DNA of 64,000 nt from Candidatus Krumholzibacteriia bacterium. Its GTDB lineage: Bacteria; Krumholzibacteriota; Krumholzibacteriia; LZORAL124-64-63. The stretch covers positions 1 to 64,000 of the forward strand of contig JAZBOO010000280.1 in NCBI GenBank assembly GCA_036351155.1, given 5' to 3'. Below the pieces are notes generated by a model. That model saw only the letters and a program-made list of their open reading frames with translations, did not search any database and was not told where the DNA came from. The translations under genes were made by a program, and so were the position numbers. Shown one piece after another: positions 40,201 through 49,178 of this stretch (the first letter of the stretch is position 1; each line of letters begins with the position of its first letter).

Positions 40201-41070
40201 CAGCGGTCGGCCACCGGTGTGCGCGATCGCTTGAGCCTTCTGCTGGAAGAGTCTCCGGCCCGGATCATGCGCCTGCTGGCCAAGCTGGACGAGCTGATCG
40301 AGCAAATGGGGCACACCGTGCAGTCCATGGAGGACAACCGCGGCCCCGTGGCGCGGCGCGACGCGCTGGCCAGTCTGGCGTCGGCCAACCGGATCGTGAT
40401 CGGGCTGTTGACCGAAGCGCAGATCACCAGTCAGAGCAGCAGCCCCGGCAGCAACGGGCAGCAGCAGAGCATGGCCCAGCAGCTGCAGCAGATGGCTCAG
40501 GAACAGGCCAAGCTCAACGGAATGACCGATCAGTTGCGGCAGATGCTGGCCAACCGCGGCATGAGCCAGGAAGCCCGCTCGCAGATGAAACGCCTGGGTG
40601 AGGCCCAGGGCAATCTGGCCGGACAGCTGCAGGAGCTGGAGGAGAAAGAACGGGAGAATGCCGAAGGTGAGCGCCTGCTGGGCGACCTGGGCGAGCTGGG
40701 TCGTCAGATGGAAAGCATCAGCGGGGAGATGGACGACGGCCTGGTCAGCGAGGAAACGCTGGTGAGGCAAGAGCGCATCCTGAGCCGGCTGCTGGATGCG
40801 CGCAACTCGGTGCGACGGCGGGACTACACCAGCCGCCGGGAAAGCCGGACCGCCGGTCAACTCTACACGGACATGCAAGGCCCGCTGGATGGCGATGACC
40901 CGGCCGCAGCAGAGCGCAGCTTCCGCCTGCGTTACCAGGCCCTGGAAAAGGCGCCGCTTGAATACCGTGATCTGGTGCGGCGCTACTTTGCGGCCCTGGA
41001 CAGCTTGCGAGCCATGGATGGAGCAGATCTCTGGCCCGACCAGGCAGATCAGCGAAAGGAACTGCCATGA
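37282..41070 (+). CDS. DUF4175-like large membrane-anchored coiled-coil protein
   Basis: N-terminal TMs, PPEYTG, D..P.V, ATDDYGL, AVDN, Q/E-rich coiled coils, RQERILSRLL, YRDLVRRYF. Confidence 0.8.
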   Translation: MAPMDIRQTFQDQLYSLLGRTRRRILVLGLLRVLAVAGPMTVLAVWSLGTGPEPGPVLAGGLVFSLLAAWVALVWTQVVCPLWRLRRPVDLVDRVEKFGDFANVLVAGEEALRQPERWEADTSVRRELRDRVFRQGLRILGFLSPERVFPHRHLRAGLVGLGLLGTGVLFIGLAQPTVGRQGIARLLRPIPPAAVPQVAGIYPWDTPDHVVAGEEVRLSVRDFGGGNDLAVCEIRVGQGLWQPLEARSETVPRDQAFLPPPFKLWMSQVDNVREDFSWRFRRGSRVSPEQRVTVRHHPLLTNLGVTIQPPEYTGLDEQALDRLPTWLEVPTGAGLVLQGTANHPLSVAELVISGQDAQALAISGSRVEGALRIEDSLTFQLALQDSFGLTNLSPLVYEVRAIPDEKPLVQLVRPGDDGLLPLDGILPLGLDATDDYGLTRLELQLRVVDGPEEGEGDTGWTMGTHRIWQGTGPAGGSFTTAWGTVRLDARMAENDGAPLRVEMQVDADIADLDLVPGDVLELRLGAVDNRRPGSGQISYSRALRLVLPSAADVLANQAEANEQRRDELEEARRRGLELGQDLDRLNRELMKNPLPDWARRQEMEEAIARQQRLQEELSRLAAELTSDLDRMASGQMTSERMLEKAEEVSSLLNQDPDQSLQDLLERMKQSGEEAAAEEMVRAIREVGQDQKDMARRLDAALAMLNRMEREQEMEGLTALLEQMIRKQQELADLSRELADQQEQQAGEGQDQEAAGDPDAESGEPQEGDPQQGEQQEGEQQPGDQQPGDQQPGDQQPGDQQSGEQQEGSPEDTPTAEELARRQEALAEELEELEERLEKALAELQEQQQQDNGQQSPDSEKMEQALQEALEQLESQKEKGGMKKASEQLSQMDPEQAAKLQQESLRDLGALYHVILETQQAMQSAMQQNQVSSLRGLAADMLALSTRQEEISLAIPSQLRDVRSLGLTRSQHRLQRSATGVRDRLSLLLEESPARIMRLLAKLDELIEQMGHTVQSMEDNRGPVARRDALASLASANRIVIGLLTEAQITSQSSSPGSNGQQQSMAQQLQQMAQEQAKLNGMTDQLRQMLANRGMSQEARSQMKRLGEAQGNLAGQLQELEEKERENAEGERLLGDLGELGRQMESISGEMDDGLVSEETLVRQERILSRLLDARNSVRRRDYTSRRESRTAGQLYTDMQGPLDGDDPAAAERSFRLRYQALEKAPLEYRDLVRRYFAALDSLRAMDGADLWPDQADQRKELP
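39616..39680 (+). repeat. In-frame 15-bp tandem repeat (CAGCAACCGGGAGAC)x4.3 encoding QQPGD
   Basis: Four perfect copies plus 5 nt, read directly. Confidence 0.95.
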
Positions 41071-43013
41071 GCAAGAGCCTGCTGATCATTCTTGTCCTGG
41101 GTGCCGTCATCCTGGGGGCATCACCCGCACCGGCGCAGGAGCAACAGGGGCCCCGTCTGGTCCCACCGCGAGCGCAGCGGGGTGTGGTGCAGTCCGGACA
41201 GCAGCTGGCGGATCTGCGTCGCCGCGTCCTGGAGCTCGACCGCCTGATCGGGCTGGGCAGTGTGGCCCGAGCCGAATCGCTGCTGGAAGACCTTGCGCAA
41301 CACAGTCTGCTGAAGGACGAGCTGGTCAGCCGCCGCATCAAGCTGGCGCAGCTCCGCGACGACCATCGCCAGGCGGTGGATCTGAGCCGGGAGGCGGTCA
41401 TCTCCCAGCCGCTGAATGCGGCCCTCTGGCGTTCGTTGACCAGCTCACTGCTGGCGGTGGCCGAGCCCGACAGTGCCCGCGAGGCGGCCGGCATGTTCAT
41501 CGCCACCAGCCCCAATGCCCGCAGTGCCGGAATGGTGGCGGTGGAACTGTTCCAGATGGCGCAGCGGCCCCGGGTCAGCCTGGGGTTGATCGACTCGCTG
41601 CGGATCTCGCTGGCCGAGCCCCGGTATCTGGGCCGTCAGCGGGCGGTGTGCCTGCTGCAGCTGGGCGAACCCGAGGAGTCGGCCGATGAGGTGGTGGCCG
41701 AGCTCAGGTACAACCCCTTCAACATTTCCCTGCTGCGCACCGATTTGCTGGAAGAGGCCTACCAGCCGGGAAGGCACCAGGATTTTCTGGACCGCTTGAA
41801 GAATCGCGCTGCGGAATCCGGGAGCCGGACGGCCGAGTCGGTTCTGCTGGCCAACCTGTACCTGGCCGATGGACAGGCGGAGCCGGCCCTGGAGGCCATC
41901 GCCTCAAGCTTTGACACGCGCAGCTCCCAGATCACCGTGCTGCAGAACGGGGTGTCCCTGTCCCAGGAGCTGGAACTGCTGGAAGATCCCAGGCAGCGGC
42001 ACGCCACGGTGGAGTACCTGCTGGACACCATGGCCCGTATGTGTGGCCCGGTGAATCCCGATCAGGGCCTGCGTCTGCGGGCGGCCGACCATCTGGCCCG
42101 GGTCTGTGAACAGGGGCTGGAAATGGGGGCGCTGGGGGGCGATCCACGACAGGCCGTGGAGCGCTACGGCGAGTATCTGCAGCTGGTCCGGAAGGTGCAC
42201 CCGGCCAGTCAGTATCTGTACTCCTCGCAGATCAAGCTGGCCGCCTACACCCGTGATGAACTGCGCAAGCCCCGCCAGGCAGCGGGACGGCTGGAACGCA
42301 TGCTCATGGATCTGGATCTGCCCACCGAGGGCGTGGCGCTGGTGCGCCTGACTCTGGGCGAGTGCTACCTGGCCGCCGGGGACACCGCGCGCGGGCGTAC
42401 GGTGCTGACCCAGCTGGGGCGCGACCCCGAGTTCCGTGAAGCGGCGGGCCATGCTCATTTCCACCTGGCCCGGCTGGACCTGGCCGAGGGCCATTTCGCC
42501 ACGGCCCGCGATCGTTTCGCCGTGGCGGCCATGGACAATCCCGCCGCCCCCTACGCCAACGATTCCCTGGAGCTGGGGCTGGCCATTGCCGAGGAGATGG
42601 ACAATCCTTCCGGCGGCCCGGCCATCCTTCAGCTTTACGGGCAAAGCGTCTATTTCGATCTGACGCGCCGGCCGGAAGACCATCTGGCTGCACTGGAACA
42701 TTTCGTGGCCCAGGCCGATCTGCGACTGGATCCTGACGACAAGCAGCACCTGCTGGAACGAGGGCGCAGGGAACTGGCCGAGGCCTACCAGGAGGCCGGG
42801 CGCTTGGAGGACGCGCTGGCCCAGTGGAACGCCATCGTTTTGAATCACCCCGATGGGCGGCACCCCGCCCTGGCCCTGCTTTCTCGTGCCCAGCTGTTCG
42901 CCAGGACCGGGCGCCCCGAAGAATCCCGACAGGCCATGGAGCAGCTGCTGGCCCAGTACCCCGACTACCTGTTCGTCGAGGATGTGCGCGACGAGCTGAG
43001 GAATTTGCCATGA
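41067..43013 (+). CDS. Secreted tetratricopeptide repeat protein
   Basis: Signal peptide; TPR-like helices; ANDSLEL and LL.QYP..LF....R motifs typical of this cluster. Confidence 0.78.
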   Translation: MSKSLLIILVLGAVILGASPAPAQEQQGPRLVPPRAQRGVVQSGQQLADLRRRVLELDRLIGLGSVARAESLLEDLAQHSLLKDELVSRRIKLAQLRDDHRQAVDLSREAVISQPLNAALWRSLTSSLLAVAEPDSAREAAGMFIATSPNARSAGMVAVELFQMAQRPRVSLGLIDSLRISLAEPRYLGRQRAVCLLQLGEPEESADEVVAELRYNPFNISLLRTDLLEEAYQPGRHQDFLDRLKNRAAESGSRTAESVLLANLYLADGQAEPALEAIASSFDTRSSQITVLQNGVSLSQELELLEDPRQRHATVEYLLDTMARMCGPVNPDQGLRLRAADHLARVCEQGLEMGALGGDPRQAVERYGEYLQLVRKVHPASQYLYSSQIKLAAYTRDELRKPRQAAGRLERMLMDLDLPTEGVALVRLTLGECYLAAGDTARGRTVLTQLGRDPEFREAAGHAHFHLARLDLAEGHFATARDRFAVAAMDNPAAPYANDSLELGLAIAEEMDNPSGGPAILQLYGQSVYFDLTRRPEDHLAALEHFVAQADLRLDPDDKQHLLERGRRELAEAYQEAGRLEDALAQWNAIVLNHPDGRHPALALLSRAQLFARTGRPEESRQAMEQLLAQYPDYLFVEDVRDELRNLP

Positions 43014-44281
43014 CCCGATTGCGATGGACCTTGCTGATTGCCGTGTTGTTGACCCTGGGCGGGTCGGGCGCAGCCCGGGCCCAGAGGTACCTGCTGGTGC
43101 CCATGGACCTGACCCAGAACAACCACCTGCGGGCGTACGGGCACGCCTTCCACACACTGCAGGCGGGGGACAAGGTCAACTGGCTGTTGAACTATCGCGG
43201 GGGCAGTTTTTTGATGGACGACACCCAGCGCGCCCGTCTCGATGCCCGCCTGCTGGGGGTGCGCTTCGAGGAGGTGGGCGAGGCGGATGTGGCCGCTATC
43301 CGGCAAATCGTCCAGCAGGAAAACATGGACGAGGTGCTGCTGGAAACGCCGCCCCGCATTGCCGTGTACAGTCCGCCCAGCAAGCAACCCTGGGACGATG
43401 CGGTGACCCTGGCCCTGACCTATGCCGAGGTGCCCTACGATGTGATCTACGACGAGGACATCATGGCCGGCCGCCTGGGTGACTACGACTGGCTGCACCT
43501 GCACCACGAGGATTTTTCGGGGCAGTACGGGAAGTTCTATGCCAGCTTCGGCTACGAGCCCTGGTACCTGGAACAGAAGCACCAGAGCGAGGAGATGGCG
43601 ACCCGTCTGGGCTTCGACACGGTGTGGGAGCTGAAGCACGCGGTGGCCCAGACCATCCAGCAGTACGTGGACCAGGGCGGGTTCCTGTTCGCCATGTGCT
43701 CGGCCACCGACACCATCGAAATTGCTCTGGCCTGGCTGCACACCGACATCGTGTCCGAACCCTTCGACAACACGCCCTATGACCTGGATTATCGCCGCAA
43801 GGTGGACTTCGAACAGACGTTCGGCCTGACCGATTTCAAGCTCGTGACCAATCCGATGATGTATGAATTTTCGGATATCGACTCGAGCAACTACGCCCAG
43901 ATGCGCGGCGCCGAGGCCGACTACTTCACCCTGTTCGCCTTTGCCGCCAAGTACGACCCGGTGCCGGCCATGCTTACCCAGAACCACGTCAACGTGATCA
44001 ACGGATTTCTGGGACAAACCACCGGGTACTTCAAGAAGCACCTGAAGCGCTCGGTGATCGTTCTGGCTGCGGTGGAGGGCACGGACGAGGTCAAGTATAT
44101 CCATGGCAAGCGGGGCATGGGCACCTGGACCTTTCTGGGCGGGCACGACCCCGAAGATTACCAGCACCGGGTGGGTGATCCCCCCACCGATCTGGACCTG
44201 TATCCCACCAGCCCGGGATACCGTCTGATCCTCAACAATGTCCTTTTCCCGGCCGCCAAGAAGAAGCCGCAGAAGACTTGA
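43010..44281 (+). CDS. Conserved secreted protein commonly auto-annotated 'asparagine synthetase B' (class I GAT-like fold inferred)
   Basis: QNNHLRAYG, WLLNYRGGSF, PWDDAVTLALTYAE, WLHLHHEDF.GQYGKF, GGFLFAMCSATD, GGHDPEDYQH.VGDP, LNNVLFPAAKKK; ATGA coupling to the TPR gene. Confidence 0.8.
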   Translation: MTRLRWTLLIAVLLTLGGSGAARAQRYLLVPMDLTQNNHLRAYGHAFHTLQAGDKVNWLLNYRGGSFLMDDTQRARLDARLLGVRFEEVGEADVAAIRQIVQQENMDEVLLETPPRIAVYSPPSKQPWDDAVTLALTYAEVPYDVIYDEDIMAGRLGDYDWLHLHHEDFSGQYGKFYASFGYEPWYLEQKHQSEEMATRLGFDTVWELKHAVAQTIQQYVDQGGFLFAMCSATDTIEIALAWLHTDIVSEPFDNTPYDLDYRRKVDFEQTFGLTDFKLVTNPMMYEFSDIDSSNYAQMRGAEADYFTLFAFAAKYDPVPAMLTQNHVNVINGFLGQTTGYFKKHLKRSVIVLAAVEGTDEVKYIHGKRGMGTWTFLGGHDPEDYQHRVGDPPTDLDLYPTSPGYRLILNNVLFPAAKKKPQKT

Positions 44282-44327
44282 TATTGTTGCCCGAGTTGGC
44301 CTTCTGGACATCGAGGATCAGTTTTCC

Positions 44328-44355
44328 TTGCTAACCTCTTGTAATCTGATAGGAT
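44328..44355 (+). promoter_or_regulatory. Putative sigma70 promoter for the small Zn-ribbon gene
   Basis: TTGCTA-N16-TAGGAT in an intergenic region. Confidence 0.4.
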
Positions 44356-44423
44356 TTACGGGTGATCCCATTCCGGATGGGACTGACCTGCCCCCTGAAC
44401 AGGACGATCAAAGAGGAGGAAGC

Positions 44424-44609
44424 ATGGAGTACCCGAGTTGCAAGAAGTGCCAGGACGGGGTGCTGTTGCCTCTGAGTGATTACGGCCGTGATGGAGCGCC
44501 CATCCGCTTCAAGGCCTGGGTGTGCCACAACCCCGATTGCGGTTTCAGCATCCGCATCGACAACGGGGAAATCAGCCACGGCAAGGAATTGCGCCCCTCG
44601 GTGAAATAG
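44424..44609 (+). CDS. Small 61-aa zinc-ribbon protein of unknown function
   Basis: Strong RBS AGAGGAGG; CKKC...WVCHNPDC (CxxC...CxxxxC). Confidence 0.8.
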   Translation: MEYPSCKKCQDGVLLPLSDYGRDGAPIRFKAWVCHNPDCGFSIRIDNGEISHGKELRPSVK

Positions 44610-44641
44610 GTCCGATCACCCGAAGCAGGAAGAATGATGGA

Positions 44642-45493
44642 TCACAAGGTGTGGCCGTCATCTTCCCGGGTTTGCGCCGCCATGCGGGCTTCCCACAGGA
44701 ATTTTCCCACCGCCACCATCACCAGGAGAGACACAGCTGCCCAGATGAATGTGCTCAGCTGCCAGGGCTGAGGCACCATATCGCGGGGCCCTTGCCGGAC
44801 CATCAACACCAGCGAAATCCCGTTATGGATGGCGTGGCACAGCCAGCAGGCGGTCAACGACCGGGTGGCCTCCCAGACGAAGGCCAGGACCACGCCCACC
44901 CCGATCAGGCCGAACAGGATCCAGGCTTCCCCGTGCAGGATTCCGAAGACCAGTGAGGAAACTGCCGTGCCGGCCAGCGGGCCCCAGACGCTCGAGGCCA
45001 GGCGGTGCAACAGGCCGCGGAAGATGATCTCCTCGGCCAGGGGCGCCACCACCACCAGAGCCAGGAAGGCCAGGGCCAGTTCCAGGGGGCCCTCGGGCAG
45101 GTGGTCGTTCATGAAGGCGACCGATTCGGGGTGAGCCGGGGTCAGGCGCAGGGAGAGCTCGGCCAGGATGGAGGTGGGCACCAGCCCGGCCACCGCCAGC
45201 AGGCCGGTGGCGCCGAGGATGGTCCAGGGGGGCAGGTCCAGGGCAAAATCCCGCACCAGTTGCAGCTTGCGCAGACGCGCCACCGCCAGCAGAGGCAGGA
45301 ACACCCCCAGCACCGCTCCGCCGAGGACGGGAATGGCCAGCCCGCCGAAGGTGCTGAACGCGGCAAACTGTCCGAAGAAATTCCCCGTCAAGACCAGGAA
45401 AAACAGGCCCAGGATCTCGGTCCGGGACCAGGATACCCACAGCCCGGCGGGGATGTCGCTGTCGGTCAAGCGGTTGTCACGGTTTTCGTTCAT
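44642..45493 (-). CDS. CPBP (Abi/CAAX) intramembrane glutamic endopeptidase
   Basis: APLAEEIIFRG, FGILH, HAIHN, multiple TMs. Confidence 0.9.
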   Translation of the reverse strand: MNENRDNRLTDSDIPAGLWVSWSRTEILGLFFLVLTGNFFGQFAAFSTFGGLAIPVLGGAVLGVFLPLLAVARLRKLQLVRDFALDLPPWTILGATGLLAVAGLVPTSILAELSLRLTPAHPESVAFMNDHLPEGPLELALAFLALVVVAPLAEEIIFRGLLHRLASSVWGPLAGTAVSSLVFGILHGEAWILFGLIGVGVVLAFVWEATRSLTACWLCHAIHNGISLVLMVRQGPRDMVPQPWQLSTFIWAAVSLLVMVAVGKFLWEARMAAQTREDDGHTL

Positions 45494-45659
45494 GGGACCA
45501 AGGTCGCTTGAAAACGGAGGTGGGGCAACCCATGTTTTCGGGCGAACGGGTCGGACCATTTCTCCGACCATGGGGCCCGCAATGATCCGTGCATTGCCGG
45601 GCAAAAATGGTTAGACTGGTTTCCTCTTGCCAATCGATCTCCTGGGAAAGGGCTATTCC

Positions 45660-46397
45660 GTGGTGCAACCAGCGGACCGCAACATCGACACCGTCATATT
45701 CGACCTCGACAACACCTTGACCGACTTCATGAAGGCCAAGGAGAACTCGGTGCGCGCGGCGGTGGACGCCATGATCGACGCCGGTCTTCCCCTGGGACGC
45801 CAGGAGGCGGTGGATCAGGTTTTTGCCATCTACAAGAATGTGGGGATCGAGCACCAGCGCATCTTCGATCTTTTCCTGGAGAAAACGGTGGGCCGGGTGG
45901 ACGACCGGATCCTGGCCGCCGCGGTGGTGGCGTACCGCAGGGCCCGGGGCGGGTCCCTGGTGCCCTATCCGCACGCCAAGTTCGTCCTGAACCGCCTGCT
46001 GAAGGAAGGGTACAAGCTGGCCGTGGTCAGCGACGCCCGCAGCTACGAGGCCTGGTTGCGCCTGAATTACATCGGCCTGCAGCACACCTTCGACCTGGTG
46101 TTGACCTTCGATGAAACCGGGCACCACAAGCCCGACCCCACACCCTTCCTGATGGCTCTGGAAAAGCTGGATGCCAGGGCCGAGCGGACGGTGCTGATCG
46201 GGGACTGGGTGGAACGGGACATCCTGGGGGGACAGAATGCCGGACTGCACACCGTTTACGCCCGTTACGGAGACAAGTACAGCCAGTATGCCGACAAGGT
46301 GGACACGCCGGAAACCAAGCCGGATTTCGTGGTGGATGACCTGCTGCAGTTGCTCGATGTTCTGGACCAGCTGAATGGTAAGGAGACTCAGGGATGA
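45660..46397 (+). CDS. HAD-superfamily hydrolase (subfamily IA, TIGR02253-like)
   Basis: IFDLDNTL, AVDAMIDAGL, VVSD, KPDP, IGD.VERD; exact start uncertain. Confidence 0.88.
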   Translation: MVQPADRNIDTVIFDLDNTLTDFMKAKENSVRAAVDAMIDAGLPLGRQEAVDQVFAIYKNVGIEHQRIFDLFLEKTVGRVDDRILAAAVVAYRRARGGSLVPYPHAKFVLNRLLKEGYKLAVVSDARSYEAWLRLNYIGLQHTFDLVLTFDETGHHKPDPTPFLMALEKLDARAERTVLIGDWVERDILGGQNAGLHTVYARYGDKYSQYADKVDTPETKPDFVVDDLLQLLDVLDQLNGKETQG

Positions 46398-48040
46398 GGG
46401 TGTGTACCGCCAGGGAAATGGGGGCCATCGACCGGGCCACCATCGCAGCCGGAACTCCGGGCCGCGAACTCATGGAGCGCGCGGGGCAGGCCATGGCCGA
46501 GGTCTGCTGGGATTACCTGGAGGAACTGGATTCTCTGGGCCTGACCACCTTTCCCGAGGACGCCAGCGAAGCCCCCCATGTCCTGGTTCTTTGCGGCAAG
46601 GGCAACAACGGGGGAGACGGGTTGGTTCTGGCCCGGCTCATGCACCTCGAAGGCGCCGAGGTCACGGTGATGATGCTGGCCGGACGCAACGACCTGACAC
46701 CCGACACCGGGGTGAACTTCGATCTGCTGCCCCAGGGCGTGACCATTGTCCACGCCGCCGGGCCCCAGTGGGCCTGTACCGTGGAACAGCTGGCCGAGCG
46801 GGCCGATGTGATGGTCGATGCGATCTTCGGGACGGGCATCAAACCGCCCCTGCGCACGCATCATGTCGACCTGATCCGGGCCATCAATGACACCGGCCTA
46901 CCTTGCCTGGCCCTGGACATCCCCTCCGGGGTGTGCGGCGATGATGGAACGGTGGATCCGGTCGCGGTGGCCGCTGATCTGACGGTGACGGTGGGATTGC
47001 CCAAGCGCGGGCTGCTGTTCCGGCCCGGCCGCGATTTCACCGGAGATGTTTCGGTGGTGGATATCGGCTTTGCCGCCGCCACCTGCCAGGAGCACACCGC
47101 CGATCATCAGTATCTGCTGCGGAACGATTACCTGGAGCTACTTCCTCCCCGCTTTCCCAGCGGGCACAAGTACACCCACGGCACTCTGGCCATTCTGGCC
47201 GGGTCGCGCCGCTTCGGTGGAGCGGCCCATCTGACCGGCCTGGGCGCCCTGCGCTCGGGAGTGGGACTGGTCACCCTGGCGGCCCCTCACAGTCTGGAAG
47301 TTCCCCTGCGGACAGGCCTGCCCGACCTCCTGACCATGCCTCTGGCCGAGACCGAGGCCGGGACCATCGCACCGCTGGACGACAGCATCTTGCAGGCCCT
47401 GTGGGCCAGGCAACGAGCCTGGGCGGTGGGGCCCGGGCTGGACAGTCATCCGGAGACCGACCGCTGGGTGGTCGAGACCCTGGCCGCCGGCACCTTGCCC
47501 GTGGTGGTGGATGCCGATGGTCTGGGGGCCTTTGCCCGGCGGGAAGTGGTGCCGAAGTTCGGGGCCACCGAGGTGGTGCTGACACCTCACGCGGCGGAAC
47601 TGGCGCGCCTGATCGGGTGCTCGGCCGCCGAGGTCGAGTCCCGCAAGCTCGAGCTGGTGCCGGAGCTGGCCCGGCGCTGGAACGTGGTCCTGTTGCTGAA
47701 GGGGTCGACCACCCTGATCGCCGGCCCCGAGGGGACGCTGTATTTCAACACCACCGGCGATGATGCCCTGGCCAGGGGCGGTTCCGGCGATATCTTGACG
47801 GGGCTGATCGGCGGGTTGCTGGGCCAGGGAATGTCCGCCCTCGAGGCCGCTCTGCTGGGGGCATACGTCCACGGGCTGGCCGGTAGCTTGGCCGCTCAGG
47901 GGCGGAGCACCCGGGCAGTCCGGGTGACCGAGATTGCCGAAGCCATGGGCCCGGTATTCGAAGACATGGAAAAAGAGGCCAGCGGGTCCGCCCGTCTGCG
48001 CGAGCGCATCTGGCCCGTGACCTCCGGAGACACCACATGA
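46394..48040 (+). CDS. nnr: Bifunctional NAD(P)H-hydrate epimerase/dehydratase
   Basis: LMERAG, CGKGNNGGDG, DAIFGTG, DIPSG; HK..HG, GPGL, DADGL, TPH..E..RL, GGSGD.LTG. Confidence 0.95.
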   Translation: MRVCTAREMGAIDRATIAAGTPGRELMERAGQAMAEVCWDYLEELDSLGLTTFPEDASEAPHVLVLCGKGNNGGDGLVLARLMHLEGAEVTVMMLAGRNDLTPDTGVNFDLLPQGVTIVHAAGPQWACTVEQLAERADVMVDAIFGTGIKPPLRTHHVDLIRAINDTGLPCLALDIPSGVCGDDGTVDPVAVAADLTVTVGLPKRGLLFRPGRDFTGDVSVVDIGFAAATCQEHTADHQYLLRNDYLELLPPRFPSGHKYTHGTLAILAGSRRFGGAAHLTGLGALRSGVGLVTLAAPHSLEVPLRTGLPDLLTMPLAETEAGTIAPLDDSILQALWARQRAWAVGPGLDSHPETDRWVVETLAAGTLPVVVDADGLGAFARREVVPKFGATEVVLTPHAAELARLIGCSAAEVESRKLELVPELARRWNVVLLLKGSTTLIAGPEGTLYFNTTGDDALARGGSGDILTGLIGGLLGQGMSALEAALLGAYVHGLAGSLAAQGRSTRAVRVTEIAEAMGPVFEDMEKEASGSARLRERIWPVTSGDTT

Positions 48041-49047
48041 AGATCCTGGGCATCGAAACCTCCTGCGACGACACCAGCGTGGCCCTTTTCGACAGCGAAG
48101 GCGGAGTGGCGGAAAATCTGGTCTCCTCCCAGGTGGACCTGCACAACCATTTCGGCGGTGTGGTTCCGGAACTGGCCAGCCGGGCCCATCTGGTCAACCT
48201 GCTGCCCCTGGTGCAGATGTTGATGGACCGGCAAAAGCTGGCCCTGGACGACCTGGATGGGGTGGCGGTCACGGCGGGACCGGGGCTCATCGGGGCCCTG
48301 CTGGTGGGATTGTCCACGGGCAAGGCGGTGGCCATGGCGGCCGACCTGCCCCTGGTGGGAGTGCACCATATCGAGGGGCACATCCTGGCCAACGCGCTGA
48401 CGCAGGAAATGCAATTGCCCGCGGTGGTGCTGGTGGTTTCGGGCGGTCACACCGAGGTGATCCACATGCCCGAGGTGGGACGCTACGAGCGGCTGGGCGC
48501 CACCCTGGACGATGCCGCCGGCGAAGCCTTCGACAAGACGGCCAAGATCCTGGGCTTGCCATACCCGGGAGGGCCGCACATCGACCGGCTGGCCAAGCAG
48601 GGCCACCCCGGGCGCCACAGCTTTCCTCGCCCCCTGCTCAAGGACAAGCGGGTGGTGTTCAGCTTCAGCGGGCTGAAAACGGCGGCCCGCCTGGCGGTGG
48701 AAGGATTACCTCGCCCCCTGATGGACCAGGATGTGGCCGATGTCTGCTACGAGGTGCAGGAGGCCATCGTGGACTCACTGTGCGCCAAGCTGTTCATGGC
48801 CGCCCGCCGGAAGAAGGTGGGCGCCGTTTATCTGGCCGGGGGCGTGGCGGCCAACGGGCGCTTGCGTGAGCGCGTGGCCACCGAGGCCCAGAAACGCGGA
48901 CTGCACTTTGTCCCGCCGGAACGCGTGTATTGCACCGACAACGCGGCCATGATTGCCTACGCCGGCTGGCAGCATTTCCAGCATGGCAGACAGGATGGTC
49001 TGGACCTGGATTCGTTCCCCCGGGGTTCCCTCTCTTCCTGGCGGTGA
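48037..49047 (+). CDS. tsaD: tRNA threonylcarbamoyladenosine transferase TsaD
   Basis: ILGIETSCDDT, GGVVPELASRAH, HHIEGH, SGGHT, DDAAGEAFDK, FSFSGLKT, CTDNAAMI. Confidence 0.97.
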   Translation: MKILGIETSCDDTSVALFDSEGGVAENLVSSQVDLHNHFGGVVPELASRAHLVNLLPLVQMLMDRQKLALDDLDGVAVTAGPGLIGALLVGLSTGKAVAMAADLPLVGVHHIEGHILANALTQEMQLPAVVLVVSGGHTEVIHMPEVGRYERLGATLDDAAGEAFDKTAKILGLPYPGGPHIDRLAKQGHPGRHSFPRPLLKDKRVVFSFSGLKTAARLAVEGLPRPLMDQDVADVCYEVQEAIVDSLCAKLFMAARRKKVGAVYLAGGVAANGRLRERVATEAQKRGLHFVPPERVYCTDNAAMIAYAGWQHFQHGRQDGLDLDSFPRGSLSSWR

Positions 49048-49094
49048 CCTGTGTTCCCCGCCGAACAAAAAAACCTGCCTGAATAAGCCTCTCC

Positions 49095-49110
49095 TGGCAT
49101 GTCCTTTGCC
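49095..49110 (+). promoter_or_regulatory. Putative sigma54 promoter of the signalling operon
   Basis: TGGCATGTCCTTTGCC: near-consensus -24/-12, ~70 nt before the ATG. Confidence 0.65.
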
Positions 49111-49178
49111 TGTTTTGCCTGACATATTCCACGTTCCCGGGGGACCGGGGGCCAAGCAAGCGCATCAAAAGGAAACAA

